A stretch of DNA of 31,436 nt from Candidatus Pacearchaeota archaeon. Lineage in GTDB: Archaea; Nanobdellota; Nanobdellia; Pacearchaeales; GW2011-AR1. Positions 1-10,200 of this stretch are shown here, piece after piece. A program made the translations under genes and the position numbers. Under the pieces are notes generated by a model, which saw only the letters and a list, made by a program, of their open reading frames with translations, was not told the DNA's origin and did not search any database. Position 1 is the stretch's first letter. The number at the start of each line of letters is the position of its first letter. The DNA lies in the NCBI GenBank assembly GCA_026395775.1, contig JAPLYA010000141.1, positions 1-31,436 of the forward strand. Direction: 5' to 3'.

Positions 1-3000
1 CCTGCTCCTGAAGCTTATGAAACAGAAACAGATAATGGGAAGGTTGTTGAGGTTTCTGGGCCAGAGTTAGATTATACTGATATATTGACTTATTCTGAAA
101 TTCCTGAAGAATGGAGTATAACAAGCAGTAAACAGATTAGAGTAATCTGGGTTGAAGATAATAATCCTGATTTGAGAAAAGACTGGCAATTTGAAGCTTT
201 TGACTTAAATGAGAATGGAGTGATAGATTATATTGAGTGGAATACTCCTCATTTAAGCAATCAGACTTTTGAGATTATAAAAATAGCAAAAGCTGTAAGA
301 CTGAACAGCAACAGAACATTTGTTGAAGATGTTTATGATAAAGTTAAAGCTAAAGACAATATATGGCAAAATATTCCAGATGGGGAATATCTGAGAGTTA
401 CATTTGAGAAAAATCTTACAAATATAAATGATATTACTATTTATGCGAGGGGTTCGGGAAGTTTAGGGGTTTATGGGCAAGATTCTGACTATCTAATTAC
501 ACAGTTTGATAACATAAATAGTGAAAACTGGTATAAGGTTTATTTGACAAACTTGCAAGGAAGTCAGGATGTTTTTGACTTGAAAGTTTTAGGAAATGTA
601 GATTTTGATTATGTTATTGATCCTTATACTGATACAGGTCAATTAATTCAGGATGTGGATGATTGTGGTATATTGAACACTGCAAATGCTGTTTATACTT
701 TAACAGGCAATGTTAAAGGCAATTCAACTTGCTTTAATATTACTGCTAGCAATATTACTTTGAACTGTCAAGGCTATATGATTAATTTTAGTGCGAATAT
801 AACCGGGGGGGGTGTGGGGGTATTTGTTGATAGTGAGAATTATACAACAATAGAAAATTGCCGAATAGAGGGAATTGGTTTTTCTGTCCTACCATTATAC
901 GCTCAGGCTGTTGTGGTGCATTCAAGTTCAAATACGAGTATAAATAATAATACTATAATTTTTGGGGGAAGCTTTAGCTTTGTTGATAGCTTATTTATAA
1001 ATCCGGCATATGGAGATGTTTATTTTCCTTCTCTTTCGGAATTGAATAATGCGGGAACATTTAATTTTACAAATACTTCTAATTTAGAAAATGCAAATTT
1101 AACTATATTGTGGGATTCTGATGTGTATTCTACACTAAATGTTAGATGGTATCTTGATTTGGTTGTGAATAGTTCAAGTTCTAGACTGGAGAATGTTAAT
1201 GTTTCGCTAAGAGATAGAAATCAAGTGCTGAAATTCTCTTCTTTGACAAATTCGTCTGGGGAGATAGGAAGAAAAATACTAACTGAGTTTGTTCAGACTG
1301 CTTCTTCAACAAAAACTTACTATTCTCTGTATAATTTAACAGCTGGCAAATCTGGCTATACTAGCTATGAGAATCATACGATAAATATGACTAAAAATGT
1401 GAATTTGAATATTGTGTTGAGTTCTGTTGTAGATAATTCCATAGTAACTGATTGTAAAGAATTAAATATAGAGAATCAAATTTATAATTTACAAAATGAT
1501 GTTTCATCATCTGGAGTTTGCTTTAATATCACAGCGAACAATATTACTATGAATTGTAATAATTCACAAATAACTTATGGAACAGGAGGAATTGAGTCAT
1601 ACGCCTTTTATTCTGTAGATGCTTCTAATATAACTATTAAAAATTGCAATATAATTGAAGATGTTAATTCAGCAAATTACAATTATGCAATTTATTTTAT
1701 AAATACTACAAGTTCTTCAATTTATAACAATACCATAACTACAATGTATGATTCTAGTGATGCTATTCATATGACTAAAACAACAATTCAAGCCAACATA
1801 ACTGGAAATAACTTGGAAGTAGATGGTAATGATGTAAATGCTATTTATCTTGCTGGAAATTCAGGAAAGAAAGATTCAACAAACAATACAATATATAAAA
1901 ATGATATTATAGCAACCTATTATCCTGGTTCTGGCAGTGCTGGAATTTATTTTTCTGAAGTATCGAATACTACTGTAGAGTCTAATATAATAAATATGAG
2001 CGCGCCAACTTATGGAGCATATATTTATAACAGTGTCAGCAATTCTTTCTTGTATAATGTGATTTATGGCATGGATTATGTCCAAGGTTTTGAGATAGCA
2101 GGTTCTAATTCAAGATTTAATAAATTTATTGGAAACAATTTTTCTTCATTTGGAATTTCTACAAATGGAATTTATATATCTGCAGACTTAGGAAGCAATT
2201 TAATAGAAAATAATACTATTGTATCTTCTGCAGAAGGAATTTATCTTTTAAATACAAAAGCTAATAGTATTAACCGAAATAATATTACTACTTTAGGAGA
2301 TACCTATGCTTCTGGAATTTATATTGGGTCAAGTGGAGATTCTTCTTTTATAGGAAATATAATCTTAACTAATGGGACAGATGCTCCAGGGATTTTAGAT
2401 AGAGGCGATAACAAAAATATAACCATTCAAGATTGTGTGATTACTACTTTAGGCAATAGTTCTTATGCAATAAGATTTAATGATTTCAGTTCATTTGCAA
2501 CAGGAATAGAAGTAATAGATACAATTCTTAATGCTTCTTTTGAATATATGCAAGAGTTGGATATAAACAGCATAGCTTCTGGAGGAATATGGAATTTTAC
2601 AAATGTAACTTTACCAGATTTGACTAACTTTGAGACTAATTGGGAAGCTGGGGCAATAGGAAACCTTAATTTAAAATGGTGGGTTGAAGTTAATGTTAGT
2701 AATTCTGTAACTTATACTCAAATAGATGGGGCTGGAGTAAATATAACTAATGTGTTTGGTTCAAAACAATATTCTCAGGCTACAAATGCAACTGGAAGAA
2801 CCCCCAAAAGCTCATTAAGAGAATATATGAGAAATGAGACAAATACTTATTATGATAGCTTGTATACATTGGCAGCAGAAAAATCAGGATATTCTGCTTA
2901 TAGCAATTCTAGTATTAATACAACAACGAATATGTGGATAAATGTTTTAATGACAGAAGGAGCATCAGACACAACTTTGCCATTAGTTCAGCTAGTTTAT

Positions 3001-5466
3001 CCTACAAATGTAAGTTACAACATAAATGTTTCAAGTTTGAATTATTCAGCTTCAGACACTAATTTACAAGCTTGCTGGTATTCTGTTACTAGTGGTTCGA
3101 TAAATACAACTGTTGACTGTGGAAGCAATTTAACTGGATTAACATCAACAGAGGGAAGCAATGCTTGGTTGATTGGGGCAAATGATACAAGTGGGAATAG
3201 AAATTCTTCAGCAGTAACTTTCTGGAAAGATACTGTTTTGCCTGTTATTTATATCACTAATCCCAAAAATAAAAGTTATACTGATGCAAATTTATTTTTT
3301 AATTTAACCCTAAGCGAAAATACTTCTGCTTGTTTGTATCAATATGATACTTCAGCAAATGTTTCAATGCAGAGAGTAAATGATACCTCATTCGGAGCAA
3401 GAAAAACACTAATTACCGCCGCGCCCCACACAGTTATATTCACTTGTAATGATTCACTAAATAACTATAATTTAACTTCAATTTCTTTTACTAGAGATAC
3501 AACCCCCCCAATCATCATTATAAACTCTCCATTAAATACAACATACGAATCTGGAAGCAATATTTTAATAAACATAACATTCGGAGATGATGCTCAAGCT
3601 AAGTTAGTTGATTATAATGGGACCAATTATACTTATACAAATATATTTTATGCAAATTTGACTAATGGTACAACAAGGGTTATAGCTTTTGTAAATGATT
3701 CTGCTGGAAATCAAAATACTACTATAAGAAATTTTGTGGTTACAACCTCTGGGATCCAAGAAGGGGGCGGGGATATAGATGGGCCAAGCATAACACTCCA
3801 AGCCCCTGCTGATGGAGCTTCAACAACATCGGCTGCAATAGACTTTCAGTTTGATGTAACTGATGACAGTAATGTTGATAATTGCTCGCTTTTGTTCAGT
3901 GATGTTGCTGTTCAGACAACAAGTTCAATAAGCAAGACAGCAACAAATACAATTTCAAGAAGCTTGAGTGCAGGGAGTTATTCGTGGAAAATTAACTGCA
4001 CAGATGCGATTGGGAACATCAATGGAAGTTCATCAAGAAGCTTGACAATAAGTTCTTCAACTGGTTGTTCTAATTGTGGTGGGGGCGGGGGATGTTCAAG
4101 CGAATGCACTGTTGGAAATTTAAGATGTTCAGGAAGTGTTTTGCAATCTTGTGCTAAGGATTATGATAGTGATTCTTGCTATGAGTGGGGGGGAACTTTG
4201 CAAACTTGTTCTCAAGGTTGCAGCAATGGAGCTTGCATAAATCAAAATTGTACTGAAAGTTGGAAATGTTCTGATTATGGCAAGTGCGAAGTTGGATTAA
4301 TAAAAAGAAACTGCACAGATGATAATAATTGCGGAACTAAATTATACAAACCAGAAGAAACTCAGGTTTGTACAATAGGGCAATTGGTTTTAGAATACAG
4401 CCCTGAAATTTTGGATTTGATATTGCCTCAAGGAAAAGAGCAGAAGTTTTCAGCAATTGCAATTGAACAATCTGAAGCTGGTGAGATTCCAATTATAGCA
4501 AGATGGTATGCTGATAATATAAAGATTCAGGAAGAAGCCGGAATAAATTCTTCTCTTATAAGCTTGTTTAAAGTTTCTGGAAGCAGTAAGGTTAAACTTG
4601 AGGTATTTGATACTTACAATAATCAACAAGTGGTTTGGAATATTCAGTATGTTAATGCTAGTGGTTGCAGAGAAGATTGGGCTTGTGATTGGAGTGCCTG
4701 TGATGAAAATGGTTATTCTTATCCTAGAAGCTGCTATGATAAGAATAATTGCGGGACAAATGCAGATTATCCAAGAATGAAGACGTGTGGTAGGGAGGGG
4801 AGTGATATCTCTTGTAGGCCTACTTGGAAATGTTCTGATTGGGGAGAGTGCCAGGTTTCATATAAAATGAGTGATGTTGTTAAAAATAAAATTGAAACAG
4901 CAGGCGAGCAGAGTAGAACTTGCCAGGATGAAAGCAAATGTTACAGCTCTACAACTGAAAAGAGAAGTTGTAGTTTAACAAGAGCTGTAACTGTTAAAAA
5001 TGTTGAGTGGTGCAATGAAAAATATGTTGAAATCTGCGATGCAGAAACAAAGCAGATTGTTTCTAGGATAAGAGAAACAGGTTTTGACCAAGAATCACTG
5101 AAAAGTGTTGGGTTGATAACAGGAAAAGTAATAAAAGGAGTTGATATTGGTTTGATTGTTGCTAACTTTACAGGTTATTGTGATTACTGTTATGACGATG
5201 TTAAGAATTATGACGAGACTAGTGTAGACTGTGGTGGGCCAAATTGCCCTGTTTGTCAGGAGATTAATCTTGCGAGAGATTTCAGCAATTGGTACAGATG
5301 TTGGTTGTGGATTTTGTTTATAATATTATTGATTGCTTATTTGATTTATTTGTATAAAACAAGCAAGCATGCCAAAGAAAAATATCACAAGAAAGCTAGA
5401 GAATCTTTGATGAAGAAGATAAAGGGTTTTGAGGATAGAGAGATGAGAGAGTGGGGTTTGAAGTAA
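1..5466 (+). CDS. Giant membrane-anchored surface glycoprotein, 5'-truncated by the window (pectin-lyase-like beta-helix repeats, Ig-like domains, Cys-rich WxCSDW repeats, C-terminal TM)
   Basis: Frame is open from base 1 (PAPEAYETETDNGKVVEV...), so the TTG at 85 is not the true start. Repeated CFNITA(S/N)NITL(N)C and 'TI.NC.I' beta-helix units, dense N-x-S/T sequons, GGGGG linker, C-terminal CTESWKCSDY/CRPTWKCSDW repeats, DETSVDCGGPNC motif, hydrophobic WLWILFIILLIAYLIYLY followed by a basic tail. Confidence 0.9.
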   Translation, partial: PAPEAYETETDNGKVVEVSGPELDYTDILTYSEIPEEWSITSSKQIRVIWVEDNNPDLRKDWQFEAFDLNENGVIDYIEWNTPHLSNQTFEIIKIAKAVRLNSNRTFVEDVYDKVKAKDNIWQNIPDGEYLRVTFEKNLTNINDITIYARGSGSLGVYGQDSDYLITQFDNINSENWYKVYLTNLQGSQDVFDLKVLGNVDFDYVIDPYTDTGQLIQDVDDCGILNTANAVYTLTGNVKGNSTCFNITASNITLNCQGYMINFSANITGGGVGVFVDSENYTTIENCRIEGIGFSVLPLYAQAVVVHSSSNTSINNNTIIFGGSFSFVDSLFINPAYGDVYFPSLSELNNAGTFNFTNTSNLENANLTILWDSDVYSTLNVRWYLDLVVNSSSSRLENVNVSLRDRNQVLKFSSLTNSSGEIGRKILTEFVQTASSTKTYYSLYNLTAGKSGYTSYENHTINMTKNVNLNIVLSSVVDNSIVTDCKELNIENQIYNLQNDVSSSGVCFNITANNITMNCNNSQITYGTGGIESYAFYSVDASNITIKNCNIIEDVNSANYNYAIYFINTTSSSIYNNTITTMYDSSDAIHMTKTTIQANITGNNLEVDGNDVNAIYLAGNSGKKDSTNNTIYKNDIIATYYPGSGSAGIYFSEVSNTTVESNIINMSAPTYGAYIYNSVSNSFLYNVIYGMDYVQGFEIAGSNSRFNKFIGNNFSSFGISTNGIYISADLGSNLIENNTIVSSAEGIYLLNTKANSINRNNITTLGDTYASGIYIGSSGDSSFIGNIILTNGTDAPGILDRGDNKNITIQDCVITTLGNSSYAIRFNDFSSFATGIEVIDTILNASFEYMQELDINSIASGGIWNFTNVTLPDLTNFETNWEAGAIGNLNLKWWVEVNVSNSVTYTQIDGAGVNITNVFGSKQYSQATNATGRTPKSSLREYMRNETNTYYDSLYTLAAEKSGYSAYSNSSINTTTNMWINVLMTEGASDTTLPLVQLVYPTNVSYNINVSSLNYSASDTNLQACWYSVTSGSINTTVDCGSNLTGLTSTEGSNAWLIGANDTSGNRNSSAVTFWKDTVLPVIYITNPKNKSYTDANLFFNLTLSENTSACLYQYDTSANVSMQRVNDTSFGARKTLITAAPHTVIFTCNDSLNNYNLTSISFTRDTTPPIIIINSPLNTTYESGSNILINITFGDDAQAKLVDYNGTNYTYTNIFYANLTNGTTRVIAFVNDSAGNQNTTIRNFVVTTSGIQEGGGDIDGPSITLQAPADGASTTSAAIDFQFDVTDDSNVDNCSLLFSDVAVQTTSSISKTATNTISRSLSAGSYSWKINCTDAIGNINGSSSRSLTISSSTGCSNCGGGGGCSSECTVGNLRCSGSVLQSCAKDYDSDSCYEWGGTLQTCSQGCSNGACINQNCTESWKCSDYGKCEVGLIKRNCTDDNNCGTKLYKPEETQVCTIGQLVLEYSPEILDLILPQGKEQKFSAIAIEQSEAGEIPIIARWYADNIKIQEEAGINSSLISLFKVSGSSKVKLEVFDTYNNQQVVWNIQYVNASGCREDWACDWSACDENGYSYPRSCYDKNNCGTNADYPRMKTCGREGSDISCRPTWKCSDWGECQVSYKMSDVVKNKIETAGEQSRTCQDESKCYSSTTEKRSCSLTRAVTVKNVEWCNEKYVEICDAETKQIVSRIRETGFDQESLKSVGLITGKVIKGVDIGLIVANFTGYCDYCYDDVKNYDETSVDCGGPNCPVCQEINLARDFSNWYRCWLWILFIILLIAYLIYLYKTSKHAKEKYHKKARESLMKKIKGFEDREMREWGLK

Positions 5467-5555
5467 AAATTATTCTATGAGGTAATAAATAACTTCATTT
5501 TGTAAACTTTTTAATTGTGTAGGGTTGGTTAATCAAGCCAGACGCAATTTTTCCT

Positions 5556-5571
5556 GCAGCGAATAAGTTTT
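5556..5571 (+). repeat. Intergenic 16-nt motif GCRGCRAATAAGTTTT, copy 1
   Basis: gcagcgaataagtttt; near-identical copies at 20783-20798 and 27088-27103. Confidence 0.65.
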
Positions 5572-5641
5572 TCTTTTACTAGTTAATTATTCATTACCAT
5601 TGCACAAAATAGTTACTTTTTGTGCAACCACAATGAAAACA

Positions 5642-5649
5642 TTTATAAA
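5642..5649 (+). promoter_or_regulatory. Archaeal TATA box upstream of the ATPase (probably leaderless transcript)
   Basis: tttataaa preceded by A-rich sequence, ending 22 nt before ATG 5671; the same geometry recurs at 7591, 10173, 24504 and about 29436. Confidence 0.6.
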
Positions 5650-5670
5650 TCCTATATTTGTTATATTATT

Positions 5671-6939
5671 ATGTTATCAGAAGAACAAATAAAAGAAATA
5701 TTAGTAAAGCAAAGAGAAACAATATTAAATAAAAAATTTGGTATAGAAAGAACTATACTTAAAGAGATTGAATCCAAAATTAAACTTCCCCATGTTGTTG
5801 TTTTGACTGGTCTAAGAAGAAGCGGAAAATCCACGCTTTTAAGACAATTAATTAAAAACCACTACAAAGATGAAGACTTTTATTATATAAACTTTGAAGA
5901 TGAAAGATTGTTTAACTTTCCTGCAAGTGAATTTAACAAGCTTTATGAAGCATTAGTAAGCTTATATGGAAAAAAGAAAACATTCTTTTTAGATGAAATT
6001 CAAAATGTAACAAACTTTGAAACATTTGTTAGAAGATTATATGAAGAAGGTTTTAAATTTTTTATAACCGGTTCAAGTGCAACATTATTAAGTAAAGAAT
6101 TGGGGACAAAACTTACAGGAAGACATGTTGATATTATAGTAAGACCATTTTCTTTTTTAGAGTTTTTAGAACTCAAGGGATTTAAACTTGAGAAAGATAC
6201 TATTTATAAAACAGAATCAAAAGTTGAAATAAAAAAATATTTTGAAGAATATCTGATAACAGGAGGAATGCCAGAATATTTGATTTATAATGACCCCGAA
6301 CTTTTAACAAAAGTTTATGAAGATACTGTTTTAAAAGATATAGCTGTTAGGCATAAGGTAAATAATATAATTGTTCTAAGGAACTTATATTCAATTTTAA
6401 TATCTAATTTTGCTAATAAATTTAGTTTTAATTCATTAAAAAAAGTTACAGACATTAATAGTGTTAACACTATTAAGAAGTTTATACATTATCTTGAAGA
6501 AACTTATTTCGCTAAAACAATAAACAAATTTGATTATTCCCTAAAAAAACAGATAATAAACGATAAGAAATTTTATATAATAGACAATGGATTTGTTGGA
6601 GTTTTATCCAAGAAGCTTACAAAAGATAAAGGATGGCTACTCGAAAATTTAGTATTTAACTCTTTGAACAAAGATAATGATACTTTTTATTATTCTAATG
6701 CGAACGAATGTGATTTTCTATTGGTAAAAAACAAAACCGTAACTAAAGCAATTCAAGTTTGTTATGATTTAAATGGAGACAACAGAGAAAGAGAAATTTC
6801 TGGATTGAAAGAAGCAATGGATAAATTTAAGTTAAACGAAGGATTAATATTAACAAACAGCCAAGAAGAAGAGATTAAAATTGAAGGGAAAAAAATAAGA
6901 ATATTTTCCGTTTGGAAATGGCTTCTTGAAGAAAAATGA
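5671..6939 (+). CDS. AAA+ ATPase with DUF4143-type C-terminus (COG1373-like)
   Basis: Walker [19 protein letters not shown], Walker [49 protein letters not shown] 5671 preferred over TTG 5620 because of TATA spacing. Confidence 0.92.
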   Translation: MLSEEQIKEILVKQRETILNKKFGIERTILKEIESKIKLPHVVVLTGLRRSGKSTLLRQLIKNHYKDEDFYYINFEDERLFNFPASEFNKLYEALVSLYGKKKTFFLDEIQNVTNFETFVRRLYEEGFKFFITGSSATLLSKELGTKLTGRHVDIIVRPFSFLEFLELKGFKLEKDTIYKTESKVEIKKYFEEYLITGGMPEYLIYNDPELLTKVYEDTVLKDIAVRHKVNNIIVLRNLYSILISNFANKFSFNSLKKVTDINSVNTIKKFIHYLEETYFAKTINKFDYSLKKQIINDKKFYIIDNGFVGVLSKKLTKDKGWLLENLVFNSLNKDNDTFYYSNANECDFLLVKNKTVTKAIQVCYDLNGDNREREISGLKEAMDKFKLNEGLILTNSQEEEIKIEGKKIRIFSVWKWLLEEK

Positions 6940-7427
6940 AAATTTTTATAACTTCTGATACGCATTTTAACCATAAAAATATTATTGAGTATGCCCGTCG
7001 TCCATTTAAAACTATTGAATAGATGAATGAAGAAATCATAAAAAGATGGAACAACAAAGTTGGAAATGGTGGTATTGTTATTCATCTAGGTGATTTTGGT
7101 ATGGGGAGTAAGAACGAATTAATAGAATTAAAAAACAAATTAAATTGAACTATCATACCCTTAAGAGGAAATCGTGATCATAAAACTACACGAGAAGCAG
7201 GATTTTTAGTAGTCAAAGGTAGTTTAGAAATTGAAAATCTAATTTTAAGTCATTCTCCTCTTTCAAAAGAAGAATTACCTAAGGGATTTATTAATGTTCA
7301 CGGGCATATCCATGAAAAAGAAAGCTTTAATGGAGTTAATGTAAGTATAGAAAAAACAAATTATGAACCATTAGAGTTAGAAAAATTAAAAGAAAATATT
7401 AAAGATAGTAAGCTTTCAGAAAACTGA
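6936..7427 (+). pseudogene. Calcineurin-like metallophosphoesterase with two in-frame stops
   Basis: Missed by the ORF track. My translation: [38 protein letters not shown]...HLGDFG...KLN*TIIPLRGNRDH...LSHSPL...NVHGHIH. TAG at 7020-7022, TGA at 7146-7148, GNHD altered to GNRD; ATGA overlap with the ATPase stop. Confidence 0.85.
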
Positions 7428-7548
7428 TTATAAGAAAGTATATCCTTTTTGATATACTTTGTGTAAACGAGCAAGATGAAAGAGCTTTCAATTCCAAGTT
7501 TAAACTTAAGATACTGAATTGAAAACTCTTTGAGTTCACGAAGAGACT

Positions 7549-7585
7549 AAACTTATTTCGCGAGCCGGAGGCGAGCGAGGGGTAG
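7549..7585 (-). repeat. GC-rich REP-like intergenic element
   Basis: Minus strand ctacccctcgctcgcctccggctcgcgaaataagttt; shares gctcgcctc...cggctcg with 26235-26258 and CTACC...AATAAGTTT with 27081-27103. Confidence 0.55.
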
Positions 7586-7619
7586 ATATATTTTTATACT
7601 CTCTAATTTTAGATTTTTC

Positions 7620-10055
7620 ATGGGAAAAAAAGCAATTTTTGCTGCAATTCTAGTCATAATTCTGGTGAGTTTTGTTTATGCTGCTAGTTTTAAATCTCTG
7701 CTTAAATCTTCTGATAATGGTTTATCACTTAAAGATATGAAGAAAAAAGGAATTCTAACTGGAGATTTTTATGATTCTATCCAAGATAGCCCTGATAGGG
7801 CGTTGACTATTATAGTCTCTTTTGATAAAAAACCAAAAGACTACAAAAGTATTATCAAAGACAATGGGGGGAAAATACTTTATGATTATGATATTATTGA
7901 AGGTTTGGCAATAGAGGTTTCTTCTAAAGATATAGAAAAACTTGGCAAAATAAAAGGGCTGAACAGAATTGAGCAAAATCAAATTCATCAGATTTTTCTT
8001 AATGATACTATCCCTTTAATTGGGGCAAATGAGAGTTGGGGTTTGGGGTATGATGGTGAAGGAATCAGGGTTTGTGTTCTTGATACAGGGATTAATTATA
8101 GTCATCCTGCCTTGGGAGGATGTACTCAAAATGATTTTTTAACTGGCAATTGTAAAAAGGTTATTGCTGGTTGGAATTTTGTTGATAATAATAATAATCC
8201 TTATGACGACAATAGTCACGGAACTCATGTTGCCGGGATAATTGCAAGCAATGACACAAGATTAAGGGGAGTTGCTTATAATGCTAGCTTATTGATTGCT
8301 AAAGTTTGTAATGCGCAAGGCGTTTGTGATGGCGCTAAAGAAATTGCTGGAATTCAATGGTGCGTCTCTCAAGGAGCAGAGATTATCAGTATGAGCCTTG
8401 GAAGTATAGAAAATTATACAAATTATTGTGATATGGGGGATTCTTTATATGACACGATTTCCGCTGCAGTAAATGCCGGAATTTTCTTTTCAGTTGCCTC
8501 TGGAAATAATTATAATACCACCGGCATTTCTTCTCCAGCTTGCAATTCAAAAGTTACTAGCGTTGGAGCAACAAAAAAGGACGATACAATTGCAGATTAT
8601 ACAAATAGAGGGAAAATTCTTGATTTGTTAGCCCCCGGTTCAGCAATTAATTCTACGATTAATGGAACTTTTGGATTAAAACAAGGAACATCAATGGCAG
8701 CTCCTCATGTTGCGGGATTAGCTGCTTTAATGTTGCAGAAAATACCCGAACTAACTCCTGCGCAACTTGAATATTTTATGAAACAAACAGGAAAACCAAT
8801 TCCTGATGCTGATTCTGGATTAACTTTCCCTCGAATAAATGCAAGTGCTGCAGTAAGAAATTCTTTTAAGATGGGTACATTGCAACCCTATACAATCACA
8901 GACTATACCGATGTTGGCCAAAATCAAACATCTTATTTTAAAGTTGGCGTTAAATGTGTTGGCGGACCTTGCGGAAATGTTTTTGGATTGTTAAATTGGA
9001 GTTATAATGGAACTAGTTTGATTTATGATACTGGAACCTCAAATTCTTGTTTTAATGAGGTTGATGTGGCATCCGAATTTGCAGTTAGATTTACCCCTCT
9101 AAGCTATCCTTTTACAATAAAAAAAGTTAGATTCTATACCTTTAATACTAACTCTTTCAACTTGCACATAAGAGAGGATAACTCTGGGGGGCCAGGTGCG
9201 GATTTAATTACCCCCCTAGAAGTAACTCCTACTTCAGGTGGATGGGTGGAGAAAAATTTGCCCCAACCAGTAACTATCAGTTCAGGAGATTTTTATGTAT
9301 CTTATGAAGAATTAATTCCTCATAATGGGATATACGTAGACGATTCAACTAATGATGAGCGTTCGTGGTATTCTGATGGTTCTAGTTGGTTTAGACTTTA
9401 TGAGGTTACTAGTAACTATAATCGTCTGATGATTCGAGTAAATGATTATTCCGAGCAAGGAATTGTGCCAGCAACTCCTGGGGCAAAACCTTTCTTTACA
9501 ACATCAAACCAACCACAAACTTGCGAGAATATGAATGATGGAAACACCTGTGATTTGGCTTGGAATGTGAATGCAACAGGGGATTATGGACTCTACAGTC
9601 TTTTTGCTTTATTTAATTCTAGTTATCCGCTTACTCCTGCCTTAAGCAATAAAACAATTATTACTATCGAAACGGAATCAATATCTATCACTCTCGGATT
9701 TAGTTCTATTTCTTTTGGGAATGTTAATCCTGGAGATACAAAAATGATAAGCAGTTATAATGTCACGATTGATGCAACTACAAATGTTAATGTTGATTTA
9801 TACCAAAAAGGCACAAATTTTAGTGTTAATAACCAGAATATAAGCATACAAAATATGAATTGGATTAATGACTCTACAAATCAAGGAGCAGCTTTTACAA
9901 TGAAAGAGGGATATGATAATAAGATTGAAAATATTGCTTCTGGTGGAAAATATCTAAATATGACTTATTGGTTATCTATCCCAGCAGGACAAACAGCGGC
10001 AGATTATGAATCACAAATCACAATCAAAGCTGTGAAGACTGGAACCAGCCCATAG
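7620..10055 (+). CDS. Secreted subtilisin-like S8 serine protease with C-terminal beta-sandwich domains
   Basis: Signal peptide, I9-like propeptide, catalytic triad motifs VLDTG, HGTHVAG, GTSMAAPHVAG; C-terminal ~120 aa resembles the 18382-18864 protein. Confidence 0.93.
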   Translation: MGKKAIFAAILVIILVSFVYAASFKSLLKSSDNGLSLKDMKKKGILTGDFYDSIQDSPDRALTIIVSFDKKPKDYKSIIKDNGGKILYDYDIIEGLAIEVSSKDIEKLGKIKGLNRIEQNQIHQIFLNDTIPLIGANESWGLGYDGEGIRVCVLDTGINYSHPALGGCTQNDFLTGNCKKVIAGWNFVDNNNNPYDDNSHGTHVAGIIASNDTRLRGVAYNASLLIAKVCNAQGVCDGAKEIAGIQWCVSQGAEIISMSLGSIENYTNYCDMGDSLYDTISAAVNAGIFFSVASGNNYNTTGISSPACNSKVTSVGATKKDDTIADYTNRGKILDLLAPGSAINSTINGTFGLKQGTSMAAPHVAGLAALMLQKIPELTPAQLEYFMKQTGKPIPDADSGLTFPRINASAAVRNSFKMGTLQPYTITDYTDVGQNQTSYFKVGVKCVGGPCGNVFGLLNWSYNGTSLIYDTGTSNSCFNEVDVASEFAVRFTPLSYPFTIKKVRFYTFNTNSFNLHIREDNSGGPGADLITPLEVTPTSGGWVEKNLPQPVTISSGDFYVSYEELIPHNGIYVDDSTNDERSWYSDGSSWFRLYEVTSNYNRLMIRVNDYSEQGIVPATPGAKPFFTTSNQPQTCENMNDGNTCDLAWNVNATGDYGLYSLFALFNSSYPLTPALSNKTIITIETESISITLGFSSISFGNVNPGDTKMISSYNVTIDATTNVNVDLYQKGTNFSVNNQNISIQNMNWINDSTNQGAAFTMKEGYDNKIENIASGGKYLNMTYWLSIPAGQTAADYESQITIKAVKTGTSP

Positions 10056-10200
10056 GTTCCTTAGTACATTAAGTGAGCTCAGTAATTAATTATTTCAAAC
10101 CTGAAAAAGAACCGGAATATAGTTTGTGGTGATTAATGAGATGTAACTAGAGAATAACAACAAACAGTTAGATTTTTAAACTTAGAGGAGATATATATTT

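Noticed and set aside
85-87. TTG start for the giant protein
   Set aside because: Frame is open to base 1 and no signal peptide follows the TTG; the real start is upstream of the window.
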